Notes: a model not told the origin generated them from the letters alone. Numbered from the stretch's first letter, positions 1-12,300 are shown. The stretch is DNA of 62,764 nt from a virus (IMGVR_UViG_2516143071_000006), one strand, 5' to 3'. Program-made: numbers and translations.

Positions 1-2397
1 ATGAAGGCTGAAATCAGCCGTAGAAGTCTGATGAAAACCTCCGCACTTGGCAGTCTTGCGCTGGCAAGCAGTGCTTTCACTCTGCCATTTTCTCAAATGG
101 TCCGGGCGGCAGAGGCTCCGGTAGAAGAGAAAGCGGTCTGGAGTTCCTGCACCGTTAACTGCGGGAGCCGCTGTCTGTTACGTTTGCATGTGAAAGATGA
201 CACCGTGTACTGGGTGGAGTCTGATACGACAGGTGACGACGTCTACGGTAATCATCAGGTTCGCGCGTGTTTACGCGGGCGCTCTATCCGCCGACGGATG
301 AATCATCCTGATAGGTTGAAATATCCCATGAAGCGCGTCGGCAAGCGCGGTGAAGGTAAATTTGAACGGATAAGTTGGGACGAAGCCCTGGATACCATCA
401 GTGATAATCTTCGGCGGATCCTAAAAGATTACGGCAATGAGGCTGTACATGTCCTGTACGGAACAGGCGTAGATGGCGGAAACATCACCAACTCAAACGT
501 CCCGTACCGTCTGATGAACTCTTGCGGTGGTTTTCTCAGTCGCTATGGCAGCTACAGTACCGCACAGATCAGTGCCGCAATGAGTTATATGTTCGGTGCC
601 AATGATGGCAACAGCCCGGATGATATCGCCAATACGAAACTGGTCGTTATGTTCGGAAATAACCCGGCAGAAACGCGGATGAGCGGCGGTGGTGTCACTT
701 ACTACGTCGAGCAAGCCCGCGAACGTTCAAACGCACGCATGATCGTCATCGATCCACGTTATAACGACACAGCTGCCGGGCGTGAAGATGAATGGCTGCC
801 CATTCGCCCAGGCACCGATGGCGCACTGGCCTGTGCGATTGCCTGGGTACTGATTACTGAAAACATGGTCGATCAGCCATTTCTCGACAAATATTGTGTT
901 GGTTACGATGAAAAAACTCTGCCCGCCAACGCACCACGTAACGCGCATTATAAAGCCTATATTCTGGGCGAAGGGCCTGACGGCATAGCTAAAACGCCGG
1001 AATGGGCAGCAAAAATCACCAGCATCCCGGCAGAAAAAATTATCCAGTTGGCACGAGAGATCGGTTCAGCAAAACCTGCTTATATTTGTCAGGGTTGGGG
1101 GCCACAACGACATTCCAACGGCGAGCAAACGTCCCGCGCTATTGCCATGCTTTCCGTTCTCACCGGTAACGTCGGCATAAACGGCGGCAACTCAGGTGTA
1201 CGCGAAGGTAGCTGGGATCTGGGGGTAGAATGGTTCCCGATGCTTGAGAACCCTGTTAAAACGCAGATTTCCGTCTTTACATGGACAGATGCCATCGACC
1301 ATGGTAAGGAAATGACCGCGACCCGTGATGGTGTTCGTGGAAAAGAAAAACTGGATGTCCCCATCAAGTTTTTATGGTGCTACGCCAGTAACACATTGAT
1401 CAATCAACATGGCGACATCAATCACACCCATGAGGTGCTTCAGGATGACAGCAAGTGCGAGATGATTGTTGGCATTGACCACTTCATGACGGCCTCGGCT
1501 AAGTATTGCGATATCCTGTTGCCCGACCTGATGCCAACAGAGCAAGAAGACCTTATCTCTCATGAATCTGCAGGGAATATGGGCTATGTGATCCTCGCCC
1601 AACCCGCAACCTCTGCAAAATTTGAACGCAAACCCATCTACTGGATGCTGAGTGAAGTCGCCAAACGCTTAGGACCAGACGTTTATCAAACCTTTACTGA
1701 AGGTCGCAGTCAGCATGAATGGATCAAATATCTCCATGCGAAAACGAAGGAACGTAACCCTGAGATGCCCGACTACGAGGAGATGAAAACGACCGGGATC
1801 TTTAAGAAAAAATGCCCGGAAGAACACTACGTCGCTTTCCGCGCATTCCGTGAAGATCCCCAGGCAAACCCGTTGAAAACACCTTCGGGGAAAATCGAAA
1901 TTTATTCTGAACGACTGGCGAAGATTGCGGATACCTGGGAATTGAAAAAAGATGAAATTATTCATCCCCTTCCAGCTTATACGCCAGGTTTTGATGGCTG
2001 GGACGATCCCCTGCGGAAAACCTATCCACTGCAGTTAACGGGCTTCCACTACAAGGCGCGTACCCACTCCAGCTACGGCAATATTGATGTGTTACAGCAG
2101 GCCTGCCCACAAGAGGTGTGGATCAACCCCATTGATGCTCAGGCTCGCGGTATCCGTCATGGCGATACCGTGCGGGTATTTAACAATAATGGAGAAATGC
2201 TGATTGCCGCAAAAGTGACTCCGCGTATTCTGCCTGGCGTTACCGCCATCGGGCAAGGTGCGTGGCTTAAAGCGGATATGTTTGGTGACCGGGTCGATCA
2301 CGGCGGCAGTATCAATATTCTGACCTCTCACCGCCCTTCACCGCTGGCAAAGGGAAACCCGTCGCACAGCAATCTTGTCCAGATCGAAAAGGTTTAA
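1..2397 (+). CDS. ynfF: DMSO-reductase-family molybdopterin oxidoreductase catalytic subunit (YnfF-like); N-terminus probably continues upstream of the window
   Basis: 798-aa ORF with twin-arginine signal (SRRSLMK), N-terminal Cys cluster (CTVNCGSRC) and molybdopterin-type domains; immediately followed by a ynfG start. Confidence 0.9.
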   Translation: MKAEISRRSLMKTSALGSLALASSAFTLPFSQMVRAAEAPVEEKAVWSSCTVNCGSRCLLRLHVKDDTVYWVESDTTGDDVYGNHQVRACLRGRSIRRRMNHPDRLKYPMKRVGKRGEGKFERISWDEALDTISDNLRRILKDYGNEAVHVLYGTGVDGGNITNSNVPYRLMNSCGGFLSRYGSYSTAQISAAMSYMFGANDGNSPDDIANTKLVVMFGNNPAETRMSGGGVTYYVEQARERSNARMIVIDPRYNDTAAGREDEWLPIRPGTDGALACAIAWVLITENMVDQPFLDKYCVGYDEKTLPANAPRNAHYKAYILGEGPDGIAKTPEWAAKITSIPAEKIIQLAREIGSAKPAYICQGWGPQRHSNGEQTSRAIAMLSVLTGNVGINGGNSGVREGSWDLGVEWFPMLENPVKTQISVFTWTDAIDHGKEMTATRDGVRGKEKLDVPIKFLWCYASNTLINQHGDINHTHEVLQDDSKCEMIVGIDHFMTASAKYCDILLPDLMPTEQEDLISHESAGNMGYVILAQPATSAKFERKPIYWMLSEVAKRLGPDVYQTFTEGRSQHEWIKYLHAKTKERNPEMPDYEEMKTTGIFKKKCPEEHYVAFRAFREDPQANPLKTPSGKIEIYSERLAKIADTWELKKDEIIHPLPAYTPGFDGWDDPLRKTYPLQLTGFHYKARTHSSYGNIDVLQQACPQEVWINPIDAQARGIRHGDTVRVFNNNGEMLIAAKVTPRILPGVTAIGQGAWLKADMFGDRVDHGGSINILTSHRPSPLAKGNPSHSNLVQIEKV

Positions 2398-2407
2398 GGA
2401 GTAGCCC

Positions 2408-2521
2408 ATGACCACACAATATGGATTTTTTATCGATTCCAGCCGCTGTACTGGCTGTAAAACCTGCGAACTGGCGTGCAAAGATTTTAAAGTTGGTTAC
2501 GTATCGTTTAAAATCAATTAG
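2408..2521 (+). pseudogene. ynfG: 5' stub of ynfG (4Fe-4S subunit) truncated after about 28 codons by prophage insertion
   Basis: MTTQYGFFIDSSRCTGCKTCELACKDFK matches the YnfG/DmsB N-terminus, then reads into unrelated sequence and stops. Confidence 0.8.
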
Positions 2522-2744
2522 ATAGCCCGTCATTTCTGCGCTCACACGTCCCAACATTGAAAAACATGCAAAGCTTTGTAAGCCGATGCAAAGCTTTGTG
2601 TGTCTCACTTTTGTCCCAATACCAATCCGAATCCACCCTTTGTCATCATTGAGAAATGGCAAGGAAGAAAAGGATGTTACTGCACGATTTGACAAATCCG
2701 CCAGAGCTATCGCATACTGACCGCACTACAACGTCAGCGGTCAA

Positions 2745-2772
2745 CCGCACCCGATAGCTTTGCGGCTTTTTT
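2745..2772 (+). terminator. Hairpin plus T-run, terminator-like element in the junction region
   Basis: ccgcacccgatagctttgcgg followed by cttttttat. Confidence 0.3.
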
Positions 2773-2928
2773 ATGCCTGTTTACAGGTATCGCCATATCA
2801 ATGGCGGGTCGAGAGAGCCTAATACAATACCCTTTCGGGAAATACGCTCCGCCGTCTGACGCGGTAGTTGAAGCCCGCCCCCCCCCACTAAGGTGGCAGT
2901 CAATACTAAAACGTCAGGAGTCATAATT

Positions 2929-3564
2929 ATGACTAATCAACTCATTCCCGTTTTCGATGGAACCATCAACAACGAACCAGTTTTACTTTGCAATGCTCGC
3001 AATCTGCACGCTTTTCTTGGTATTGGTAAAATGTTTGCTCACTGGATCAAGGACAGGCTGGGTGAATATGGATTCGTTGAAAATCAAGATTTTGTGATTG
3101 CTTGCCAAAATTGGCAAGCAAAAGGTAGAGGCGGTCACAACCGCAAGGAATACCACCTCACCCTCGACACAGCCAAAGAGCTTGCGATGGTTGAACGTAA
3201 CGAAAAAGGCCGCCAGATACGCCGCTACTTCATCGAGTGCGAAAAGAAACTTCGCAACATTCAGCCAGTACAAGCAGAACCACAGCCGCAATTCACAGCC
3301 GAGGAAATCATCCTCCTTTGCTACATGCAGCTCTGGATGGAAAAAGCCCAACAACTCAGTAAACAGCTATACCCCGTCATGAGAGAACTGAACTCTGATT
3401 ACTATGGAAAGCTGTTTGATCTGGCCTACGAAACTCGTCATATAACCAACCGGACTCGCGACACATTGCTCCGCGAAGCAGCAAAACTTGATCCCGCCAA
3501 CTATACGGTGCACAGGGCCAGAAGTATGCTGGCGCAACTAAGAGCAAGACAATTTGAATTCTGA
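2929..3564 (+). CDS. Phage antirepressor (AntA-like N-terminal domain) with a C-terminal domain shared with 43794..44465
   Basis: ATG at 2929 with AGGAG 8 nt upstream; HAFLGIGKMFAHWIKDRL...YHLTLDTAKELAMVERNEKG motif; C-terminus QPQFTAEEIILLCYMQLWMEKAQ...RARQFEF repeated in the second antirepressor. Confidence 0.7.
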   Translation: MTNQLIPVFDGTINNEPVLLCNARNLHAFLGIGKMFAHWIKDRLGEYGFVENQDFVIACQNWQAKGRGGHNRKEYHLTLDTAKELAMVERNEKGRQIRRYFIECEKKLRNIQPVQAEPQPQFTAEEIILLCYMQLWMEKAQQLSKQLYPVMRELNSDYYGKLFDLAYETRHITNRTRDTLLREAAKLDPANYTVHRARSMLAQLRARQFEF

Positions 3565-3611
3565 AACCAAAGGAGCTTCGGCTCCTTTTTTCATGCCTGA
3601 AGGAAAGGAAA

Positions 3612-3833
3612 ATGGCAGATATCATCGACAATGCCGCTGAAATCGAAGAATTGCAGCGCAATCTCTCCCTGCAAAAATACAAATCCGATAGTAATGCCCC
3701 ATCTGCTACTCATTGTTGCGAGTGTGGCGATCCGATAGATGAGCGGCGACGCCAGGCTGTTCGCGGATGCCGAACTTGCGCCAGTTGCCAGCAGGATATT
3801 GAACTTATCAACAAACAGAGAGGTGTGAAGTGA
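3612..3833 (+). CDS. TraR/DksA-family C4 zinc-finger protein
   Basis: 73 aa with CxxC...CxxC (CCECGDPIDERRRQAVRGCRTCASC). Confidence 0.7.
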   Translation: MADIIDNAAEIEELQRNLSLQKYKSDSNAPSATHCCECGDPIDERRRQAVRGCRTCASCQQDIELINKQRGVK

Positions 3834-4114
3834 GCATAGACACCACTATAACGATCGATACGGCCCTCAACACAGGTCTGGCGCTTCTTGGTTATTTTTA
3901 CATTATGTTCTGCGCCGGGCGGTGGCTATCGCTGTTGTTACTGAAAAAATGGAATAAATGCCGTAAGCAGGATCAACGCCAGAAGGCAATGAATGCGTTT
4001 TCCGAAGCCTTCGGGATTGACAGCATGGAGCCAGGAGGTCCAGCTCGCGTAATTAGCAGAGGTGACGTTGTAATTCTTGTATACCGGAGCGAAGAGAAAA
4101 ATGAGCGAGATTAA
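3830..4114 (+). CDS. Hypothetical small membrane protein (GTG start overlapping the upstream stop)
   Basis: ORF with one hydrophobic helix (LALLGYFYIMFCAGRWLSLLLL); weak support. Confidence 0.3.
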   Translation: MSIDTTITIDTALNTGLALLGYFYIMFCAGRWLSLLLLKKWNKCRKQDQRQKAMNAFSEAFGIDSMEPGGPARVISRGDVVILVYRSEEKNERD

Positions 4115-4937
4115 CTATCAGGTACTGCGTGAAAAGGCAGAAAAAGCAACGCGTGGTGAGTGGTCGCTCGAATATGGAGAGAACCGATTTGATGGTGATG
4201 ATGCACTAATTCATCGCGAGGCTGCTGGATATATTCCCATTTGCAGAATTGAAGGAGCACATCCTGAAAGCGGTTTCGATGAAGATTTCCAAATGGAACA
4301 GCAGGCCAATGCTGAATTCATCGCCGCAGCCAATCCGGCTACCGTGCTGGCACTGCTGAATGAACGGGAAAGAAACCAGCAATACATCAAACGCCGCGAC
4401 CAGGAGAACGAGGAAATTGCTCTTACGGTTGGGAAGCTGCGTGTTGAGCTTGAGGAAGTAAAACAACACGCTGAAGAATTATCCGAAACCAAGGCTGTTC
4501 GTAACCAATGGCGGCCAGATATTTGCCCAATAACCGGACGTACATTTTTCATGTGGATTGAGCATCCAACATTGGGAAATGTGCCGACATGTGGTGGCCC
4601 ATTAGATAGTTACACCATTCCAACAAAGGACGGTGACGGTGAGTTTTCATGTGAGCGTTACGATCATGATTTTGGCGGTTGGGTAGAAAGCGAATGTCTT
4701 GGGTTATATCTGATTGATGATAGAGAACAATGCAGGGTCTACGAACTGGAGGAACGCGTTAAAGAGCTGGAAACGCGGGAAGTTCATTTGCCGACTCGCT
4801 ACGGCCTTCGATATGGACATCCGATAAATGATGATGAGCGCCACGTCATGATACCTAAAGAAAATGGCAGTTGGCTTTACCTGATTGACCTAGAACACGC
4901 ATTACGCGTCGCTGGCATTCGCATCAAAGGAGAGTGA
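4101..4937 (+). CDS. Ea22-like protein
   Basis: MSEINYQ start, NERERNQQYIKRRDQENEEIALTVGKLRVELE segment and C-terminal GIRIKGE as in lambda Ea22, with a longer central region. Confidence 0.65.
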   Translation: MSEINYQVLREKAEKATRGEWSLEYGENRFDGDDALIHREAAGYIPICRIEGAHPESGFDEDFQMEQQANAEFIAAANPATVLALLNERERNQQYIKRRDQENEEIALTVGKLRVELEEVKQHAEELSETKAVRNQWRPDICPITGRTFFMWIEHPTLGNVPTCGGPLDSYTIPTKDGDGEFSCERYDHDFGGWVESECLGLYLIDDREQCRVYELEERVKELETREVHLPTRYGLRYGHPINDDERHVMIPKENGSWLYLIDLEHALRVAGIRIKGE

Positions 4938-4938
4938 T

Positions 4939-5454
4939 ATGGCATTAACACACCGCGAACTCTGTCAGATTGCGTACAAGTTCCTTAAGCGCAACGGGTT
5001 CAAGGTTTGTTTTCATGACCGCTTTATAGCTGTAACCAGTACCGGAGAACAGCCAGATGCTATGGGATTCAGAAATTCAGCATCATGCCTGATAGAGGCG
5101 AAGTGTTCTCGTGCTGACTTGTTAGCAGATAGAAAAAAGCGTTTTCGTAAAAATCCGTCTCTTGGAATGGGCGACTGGCGATTCTTTATTAGTGAGCCGG
5201 GAATTATTTCAATTGAGGATTTACCACCTGGCTGGGGATTACTTCACGTTGTTAACGGAAGAGTACGGAAAGTACATGGGTGGCCCAAGGGTAATTGCTG
5301 TTGGGGTAATCCTGACGATAAGCCATTTACTGGGAATAAGCAGGTTGAATGCGATTACATGTTATCTGCATTAAGGCGCATGGAGTTGAGAGGGCACCTT
5401 AATGAAATATATGACGGTGTGATTGTTAATAAGAAAGAAGGAAACGCGGCATGA
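4939..5454 (+). CDS. Hypothetical protein, possible PD-(D/E)XK nuclease fold
   Basis: 171-aa ORF with D...EAK motif (DAMGF...CLIEAKC); stop overlaps next start. Confidence 0.45.
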   Translation: MALTHRELCQIAYKFLKRNGFKVCFHDRFIAVTSTGEQPDAMGFRNSASCLIEAKCSRADLLADRKKRFRKNPSLGMGDWRFFISEPGIISIEDLPPGWGLLHVVNGRVRKVHGWPKGNCCWGNPDDKPFTGNKQVECDYMLSALRRMELRGHLNEIYDGVIVNKKEGNAA

Positions 5455-5954
5455 TCACTATTACCAAAGGGCGACTGCTGACAATCAAACAGTGGCGCGA
5501 AACATACGGACCTGGTAGCAACGTTGTACTGCCAGCAGAAGAAGCGGAAGAACTGGCACGAATTGCACTGGCATCGCTTGAGGCAGAGCCGGTGGCGTGG
5601 AAGGTAACCTTCACGCAAATTGACCGTGAATATAACACGTTCACTGGTATGTATCCTGACAAAGCAGAAGTCGAACGGTGGGTGCGGCTGCATAAAGCAT
5701 GTAATTTTCGGGCAGATATAACACCGCTTTATACCGCTCAGCCAGTGCCGGTAACTCCGGATGGTTGGATAAGCTGTAGTGCGCGAATGCCCGCTCAAGA
5801 TGATTGGATTTTAATTTATTCAAAGCACGGCGAGTATATGGCAGGACAGGTAAAAGGGGAATACGTGGAGTTGAGCGACGGCACTTTATCGTGGTTAGGG
5901 AATGCCTTGTTCTGGATGCCGCTACCAGAACCGCCGAAGGAGGTACGCCAATGA
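5451..5954 (+). CDS. DUF551-type phage protein
   Basis: C-terminal DGWISC...WMPLPEPPKEVRQ, paralogous to the C-terminus of 47054..47638. Confidence 0.6.
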   Translation: MITITKGRLLTIKQWRETYGPGSNVVLPAEEAEELARIALASLEAEPVAWKVTFTQIDREYNTFTGMYPDKAEVERWVRLHKACNFRADITPLYTAQPVPVTPDGWISCSARMPAQDDWILIYSKHGEYMAGQVKGEYVELSDGTLSWLGNALFWMPLPEPPKEVRQ

Positions 5955-5955
5955 C

Positions 5956-6231
5956 CTAGCCTGAAGCATTTGCAATTGTAGTGGCTGCCATTTCGATCGC
6001 ACTGATTGTTTTTGCGATTTGCCGCTGGGGGTAAAATAGTTCACCTGCATGGAGATTTGATGCCGGGGAATTGTGGGGAGCATTCAAACCTCTCCCCTTC
6101 CCGGTTAAAGACTCCATTGCTTTGCGGTCAGAGAGATACATCAGCTTCATCAGCTTAATGAAACGCATAGATCCGCCATGCTTTTTCAGCAAATACGCTG
6201 CCATTTGCGCAACTTTTTCTTCATTAAACAT
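5956..6231 (-). CDS. Hypothetical protein; N-terminus loosely resembles Panacea/SocA-like phage-associated proteins, possibly truncated
   Basis: 91-aa ORF, N-terminal MRFIKLMKLMYLSDR pattern; weak RBS. Confidence 0.25.
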   Translation of the reverse strand: MFNEEKVAQMAAYLLKKHGGSMRFIKLMKLMYLSDRKAMESLTGKGRGLNAPHNSPASNLHAGELFYPQRQIAKTISAIEMAATTIANASG

Positions 6232-6354
6232 AAATCGGCTCTCTGTCTCACATGAAATACTCTTTCTGACTATATGTTAATAGCTCCGGTTATTACAGGT
6301 TAATGTGTGTTTATTTCTTAATCAGCCCCGCACTTCCGTACGGGGCCATTTCTG

Positions 6355-9300
6355 TTAATCCACTCCCACTTTTTTGTTGTACTCGCGGTTAAACCGATCC
6401 ACGGCAACCTTCATATCCCGCTCTACCGATTTCACCATCGCCGCCTGCTGCGCCAGACTGAGAGAACTGTCGGCATAAATGGCATCGCGCTGTTTGCGCA
6501 AATCCTTCAGTCTCTTCCGGGTATCCTGCATAAGCCCGTTCATCAACAATTTTCCGTTGTTCTCGTCAATGAACGCCGTTCTTTCTGCACCGGTCAGACT
6601 CTTCAGCTCTGCGTGATACTGCGCAACCTCTGTCATCCGGTCGTACATCTTCTGCTGGTCTGCATACGGCATCACCTCACCCGAAATTTTCCCCAGGAAG
6701 GGCACCTGCTGTTCCGGTATATCAATACCATTCAGCGATTTCACCGCCGCATCCGTGGTTTTGGAAATGAAGCGCCCTGTCCCTCCGGAGATATAGTCAA
6801 TCCAGAATTTCAGCGATTCCGGTGTGATATCCACCGCGCCGGGACGATACTGGCTGCCACCTGAGAACGCATTCAGCCAGAATGCAAACGCCTTGTACGC
6901 TTCTGGCGTTGAACGTCTTCCCAGCTGGCTGTCAGGTTTTGGTGTACCAAACGGCATGTTCTCCTGGTAAATCTGCGCCCCCATGAAGTTTTCGTTCATG
7001 GCAAGATTCGCAAACGGACGCAGAATTGTCGGTGCTGCATTTTTCAGCAATGCCCCGGACAGCGTTTCCGACGTCTCACTGCCAATCGGGCTGAATGCCC
7101 CCAGGATACCACCGACAACATTACCGGCAGCACGGGACGCCGTCAGGTCACCAGCAGCCACACCTTCAGAGGTATGCCCGAGCAGGAAGAAAACGTTGTA
7201 CCCGTAAGGCAGAGGAATACTCCAGTACTCTCCGGCCCTGCCCCCGAACATCGATTTCATAATGACGAGGTTACGCTCTTTCACATGATACGGCACCTTG
7301 TCGTACCAGTTAACCCCGTCATCATCCTCACCCGCCACACTGCGGTTAAGCGAGCCAAGCAGATAACCCGCTCCCACAGCTGCAAGCGCGATTTTCTGCG
7401 GTACATTGAGATTCTTCCAGCGAAGGCGCTCCAGTAACGGCCCGTCGCCATTAAGATGTCCGAGCGTTCTCACCAGGTTTGCGGTCCCCTGAATGCTGGC
7501 GTTGGCAAACATATACAGCGAGTTCATCAGCGCTCCCTGCTCACCACGACGGTTAAAGTTCACCGTCATGTTTTTGGCAAGAGATGCCGCCTGCTGGCGT
7601 GACAAACCGGCATCACGGGCGTGTTTATAGGCAGAAAGACGCAGAGCGTTTTCAACCGCGCCGTTGGCATCCTCGACCAGGTTCAGGAACGAATGCCATG
7701 CACCGATACTCTGGCCTTTCCATCCGCCCTTCGCCAGCGACACAAGGCGATCCATTTCCTTCTGCTGGCCTTCAAGGTCACCCATGTTAAACCAGCCGGT
7801 TTTACCTCCGTCCTCAACAAACTCTTTCCACACTTTCTGCCACTGTGCGCCTTTGCCCGTGAGGGTTTTACCCCGCAGACTTGCGTATACGGCTGACATG
7901 GCGGAACGGCTGTCTTTCACCACAGCCAGCGCGGATAAGTTATCCAGCCCTTTCAGTTTGCCGTCGCTTCTTCCCTGCTCAGCCTTCAGGTTCATCACCG
8001 CAGTCTGCACGTCACGGATGAAGTTACTGACCAGAAATTCCGGGTTATACGACGTGTTCACCGTTGCCAGGAAGCGGTTAACTTTCCCCAGCGTACGGAT
8101 TACGGCGTTACTGGTTTCCGGCCCCATGTTCTTCATCGCACGCATCAGGCGCGGATCATGAAGTTTAATGTAGTAAGTTTTGCCGTCCTTTTTGGTGGTG
8201 AAGTAGCGATCCGCCATCATTGCCATCGGCACAGGGCGCTCGACAACTTCGCGAATGGTTTCACCAGTTTCCTGGTCCTTGCGCTCTGCAATCACACGCA
8301 TTGTATCCGGTCTGTCATCAGTGAATACCTGCCAGTAATCCTTGTCGGGATTATCCTGTACCAGTTTCAGGAAGGCGTTACCCACTTCATTTTTGCGATT
8401 GCGGATCAGCGATTCACTCAAATCCTGTATCGCCTGAGTGGAAGGAGACTGTGCGCGGGATGCACGCCCCATGGCCTGCTTACTTTCACGCCCGCCGATG
8501 GTGAATCCCTTGCCTGTACGTGGCTGTGACACCACACCGTCAACATCCTGCCCTTTCAGGGGGACGTAGTAACGGTAGGCTTTCTGCCAGGCATCCACCA
8601 CGCCGCTCTCTTCCAGTCCTGCCTCACGGATAATCTCACGGCGACGGGCCAGCATATCGTCAATAATCCCTGCCAGACGGTCATACTGTGCCTGTTTGCC
8701 GCTGTTACGCACACGCTGCATGATTTCCGCCGCTTCCGCGTTGGTCATCCCCGAACCGCCGTCCGGCATTTTCGGGTTGATTTTCGCAATATGCGCGTTA
8801 CGTTCCGGCGCGTGACGGGCGTAGAGGTACTCATCCAGATCGGCCTGCGCAATTTTGTAGTCCGCCAGCAATTTGGCCAGCGGCTGAACGTAGCGCTCCT
8901 TCATTACGTTCAGGTCGTTTTCCGCCTTCCCGTGGAAGAGTTCTTCAGCCATATAGGCGTTATTGCTGTCATCTATTTTTCCGCCAGTTTTACGGATATT
9001 CTCCTGCACCGCCTTCAGCACCTGGAATTTATCCTGCATCTGGCGAACAAAACGGGATGCAATTGTCTCTTCCGGCGTCAGACTGCTGGTGCGGGAGTAA
9101 TACGGCCCCTTGCGAATATCTTCAGGATAGAGTATTTTATCAACAGAGCCGCGATAAGAATGTTCCCCTTTGGGCAATTGGAGCCCTCTGTGCAGAAGGT
9201 TATCGCGGCTTAATTTTTCTCTCCGGTACAACGTTAAACCGGTCATTTCCATACTCTTCAGTTTTTTCCCGTTTTCCGTACCGTAAACAGATGCCACCTT

Positions 9301-12300
9301 GTTGATTTCCAGGCGCGACCGGACAGCCTTCATGTGTACCGCTGACACCACCGGATCACCATTTTTATCCACGGCATCAAGCAGCATCACAACCGCGTTT
9401 CTTTCTGTCGCGGAACGGTAAATTGCATCCGGATCGTGCATCAGTTCCGGTAGTCTCTCGATAACATCCATCGGCACCACATGTTTCACACCATTGGTGG
9501 CCTTACGCACAGTGTCGCGGGAGATAACCAGCGGCAAATCTGGTGCGCCAAGGTGACGCAATACCGGCGGCGTACGCCCGATGTTTACCGTTAAATCCGT
9601 TGAGCGCAGAGACTTCATCATTCTGGCAAGGTCATCACGATAACGCTCGCCCTCACCTTCCGGCACTTTGAACGGATCAGGCTTACCGCTACGGGAGTAC
9701 TGAGACGATGCGTCCGCGCCATCCTCACGCGGCGTGTAACCTTCCCGCACACGCTGGCCTAACGTGCGAATAGTTTCGCGAACAAGTCTGATATCGTTCA
9801 GTTCCGTCGGCTTCAGTAACCCCGTACGACGCAGTACCCCTTTGACCAGGGCAACAACACGCTCCCATGCCGCCACGAATTTAATCGGCTGCTTCTCTGC
9901 CATATGCGCCAGAAATTCACCCGCCTGCACTTCCGGTGATTCCTTACCATAAGACGCATCAACCTTACGCCAGACTTCACGGATGGTGGCGTTATCACTG
10001 TCACGGGTTTTCAGCACGGTCTTAATAATCGTCTGATATTCCGCTGGCGTGACTACATGCTCCATTGCATGGTGAATAATCTCGTGACGTAACTTCTCGC
10101 GAACGGTCCGCCCGTCAGGGATGTTATCCGCCACCAGGACAATTTCACGTTTATCCGGACGATAGAACGCGTGCACCTTGCCGTAACCGTCGAATGATTC
10201 ACCCGCCAGTGCTTCAGCCTCTTTCTGTGACTTCACCACGCGGACCTTCAGGTCACTGTCCTTAATGCCACTAATCACGCCACGGGCAACAGCTTCAACC
10301 TGCGGGACCGGACTGCCTTTGGCTTCCGCACTGCGGTTAACATCCGAAATCAGATTGCCTTCAGGTGTGCGGGTCACGCCCTTACGGGAATAAAACTCAA
10401 CTCCCTTGTCCGTCTCACGGGTTTTCAGTGTTCGGAACAAGTGATCGAATGCCTCACGAATACCGCCATCCAGTTCTGCATTCGTCGGATAAGCGTAGGT
10501 GTCCAGCTGTCCATGGTCATCCGCCTTACGGATATTGACCAGATAATCATTCTCCACGCCAGCCATACGCGCTTTATCCTGAACATAACGCTCAAAGGCT
10601 CGCGCCGCCATTTCAACATCCGTTGACCAGTACGGTTTTGAACGAACGCCATCCAGGCGTTCAGAACGACGCAACATGTCACTGCTGTTAATGGCTTTCA
10701 TCACGCCTTTAAACGCGTCGTAAACCTCCTGACGTACCGGATATTCCGCATCAACATACCTGCCGTCTTTAAATACGCGCCCGGCACGCTGTGCTTCCGT
10801 CATATAGTCGCCACCTGACGTGATCTTCCCGTCAGTGGAAACATCATAACGACCAAAATAATTATCCAGTGAATGGAACCATTCGTGGGCCAGCGCCCCC
10901 GGTCCGTTACCTTTTGTCAGGTTGATTGCCACCTCACCCGGCTCATAGTGTGCCGCCGCCTTACCCTTACCACGGGCACCAAAAGCAAGCCCAAGACGAC
11001 CGTTCAGAGAAAGCGCTTTTGTCGGCACGTTCAGCACGTCAGCCAGGTCATGCAGCGAGTCATAAGCCCGGTTCAAATCAGCCTGACGACGCGGACTTTC
11101 CACATAATTACCAAACTGCACACCACGAAAACCAAACGCATCACTGAACTGCTCCGGCGAAACATCCCCCTTGCGGCGTTCTGGTCCGGTACGATCGCGG
11201 TTGGTGGCGTTACGCTGCTCCTCACGCGAGACTTCACGCAGCGCCTTCACCTGATTAACCAGCTCATCACGATGTGTGCGCACATAATCATGTGCATCAC
11301 GGGCAGACTCAAAACCGCCCTTCAGTTTCTGCCTGTTTTTGCCATAACCGATAAAAATGTCGCCACTGGCCTTATGCCGGTACACGTCAAAGGTTATTCT
11401 GTCATCAGCAGAGGTTGCTGGCGTTTCCCTTTCTCTGGAGCCTTGTTCATCGAAATATGCTTTCGCCTTTTTCAGTAACTCATCCCGGCTTTCCGAGAAA
11501 AAGAGGTCGCGCCCCTTGCTATCACGAAGCGAATACATCATTTGCGGCGGATCGTAACGTTTTCCCCCGACAAACGAATAAACACCGGACCTGACACGAT
11601 AGCCGGATGCTTTATCAATCTGCAATGCAGAAAGCGTACGGAGCAGTTTCCAGGTATCCGACATGCTCCGTAACCCCGGCTTACTGTCCATCATATCAGC
11701 CAGTTTCGCTGCCGGAATTTTCCCCTCCAGCATACCGGCAGTAGCTTCGCGACCGCTTTTAACAATGCTGATCCATTTCTGCATGTTACGGCTTGTTCTG
11801 GTGGGAATTTCACTGCGATACAACGCCATCATTGCCAGCGTGTCACTATCCACACCTTCTTTTTCCAGACGGGCATAATCCGGCTTTGGAAACAGTTTGC
11901 TCAGTGGTTGTGTCGCGTACTCCCCATCCTCCAGCGTTTTACCCATAGCTTCAGCAAGCTGCGCATAACGGTGTTTTGCCGCGCCCTTAATCTCCTCGCC
12001 AAAGTCTTCAATTTTCGCACCACGCACCTGCTGGTGAGTGCTCGGTTTATCTACCGGCACCGGCACCTCAGTATCCGGAACATCGGTTATGGTCTGGCGA
12101 TTATCCCCGGTCTGTCTGCGTGCTTCTGCCTGCTGTGCCAGTTCCGGAAGGGAGTCACGAACCATACGAGGGAGTGATTCAGGCTGTGGCATATCAACCC
12201 CACGCTGACTTTCAGGTGCAGGAAGTCCTTCACGCACTGGTGCTGTGGCGTTCTGCTCATCCGGTGACGGCAGACCACGACGAACTGTTTCGCCCTCCAG

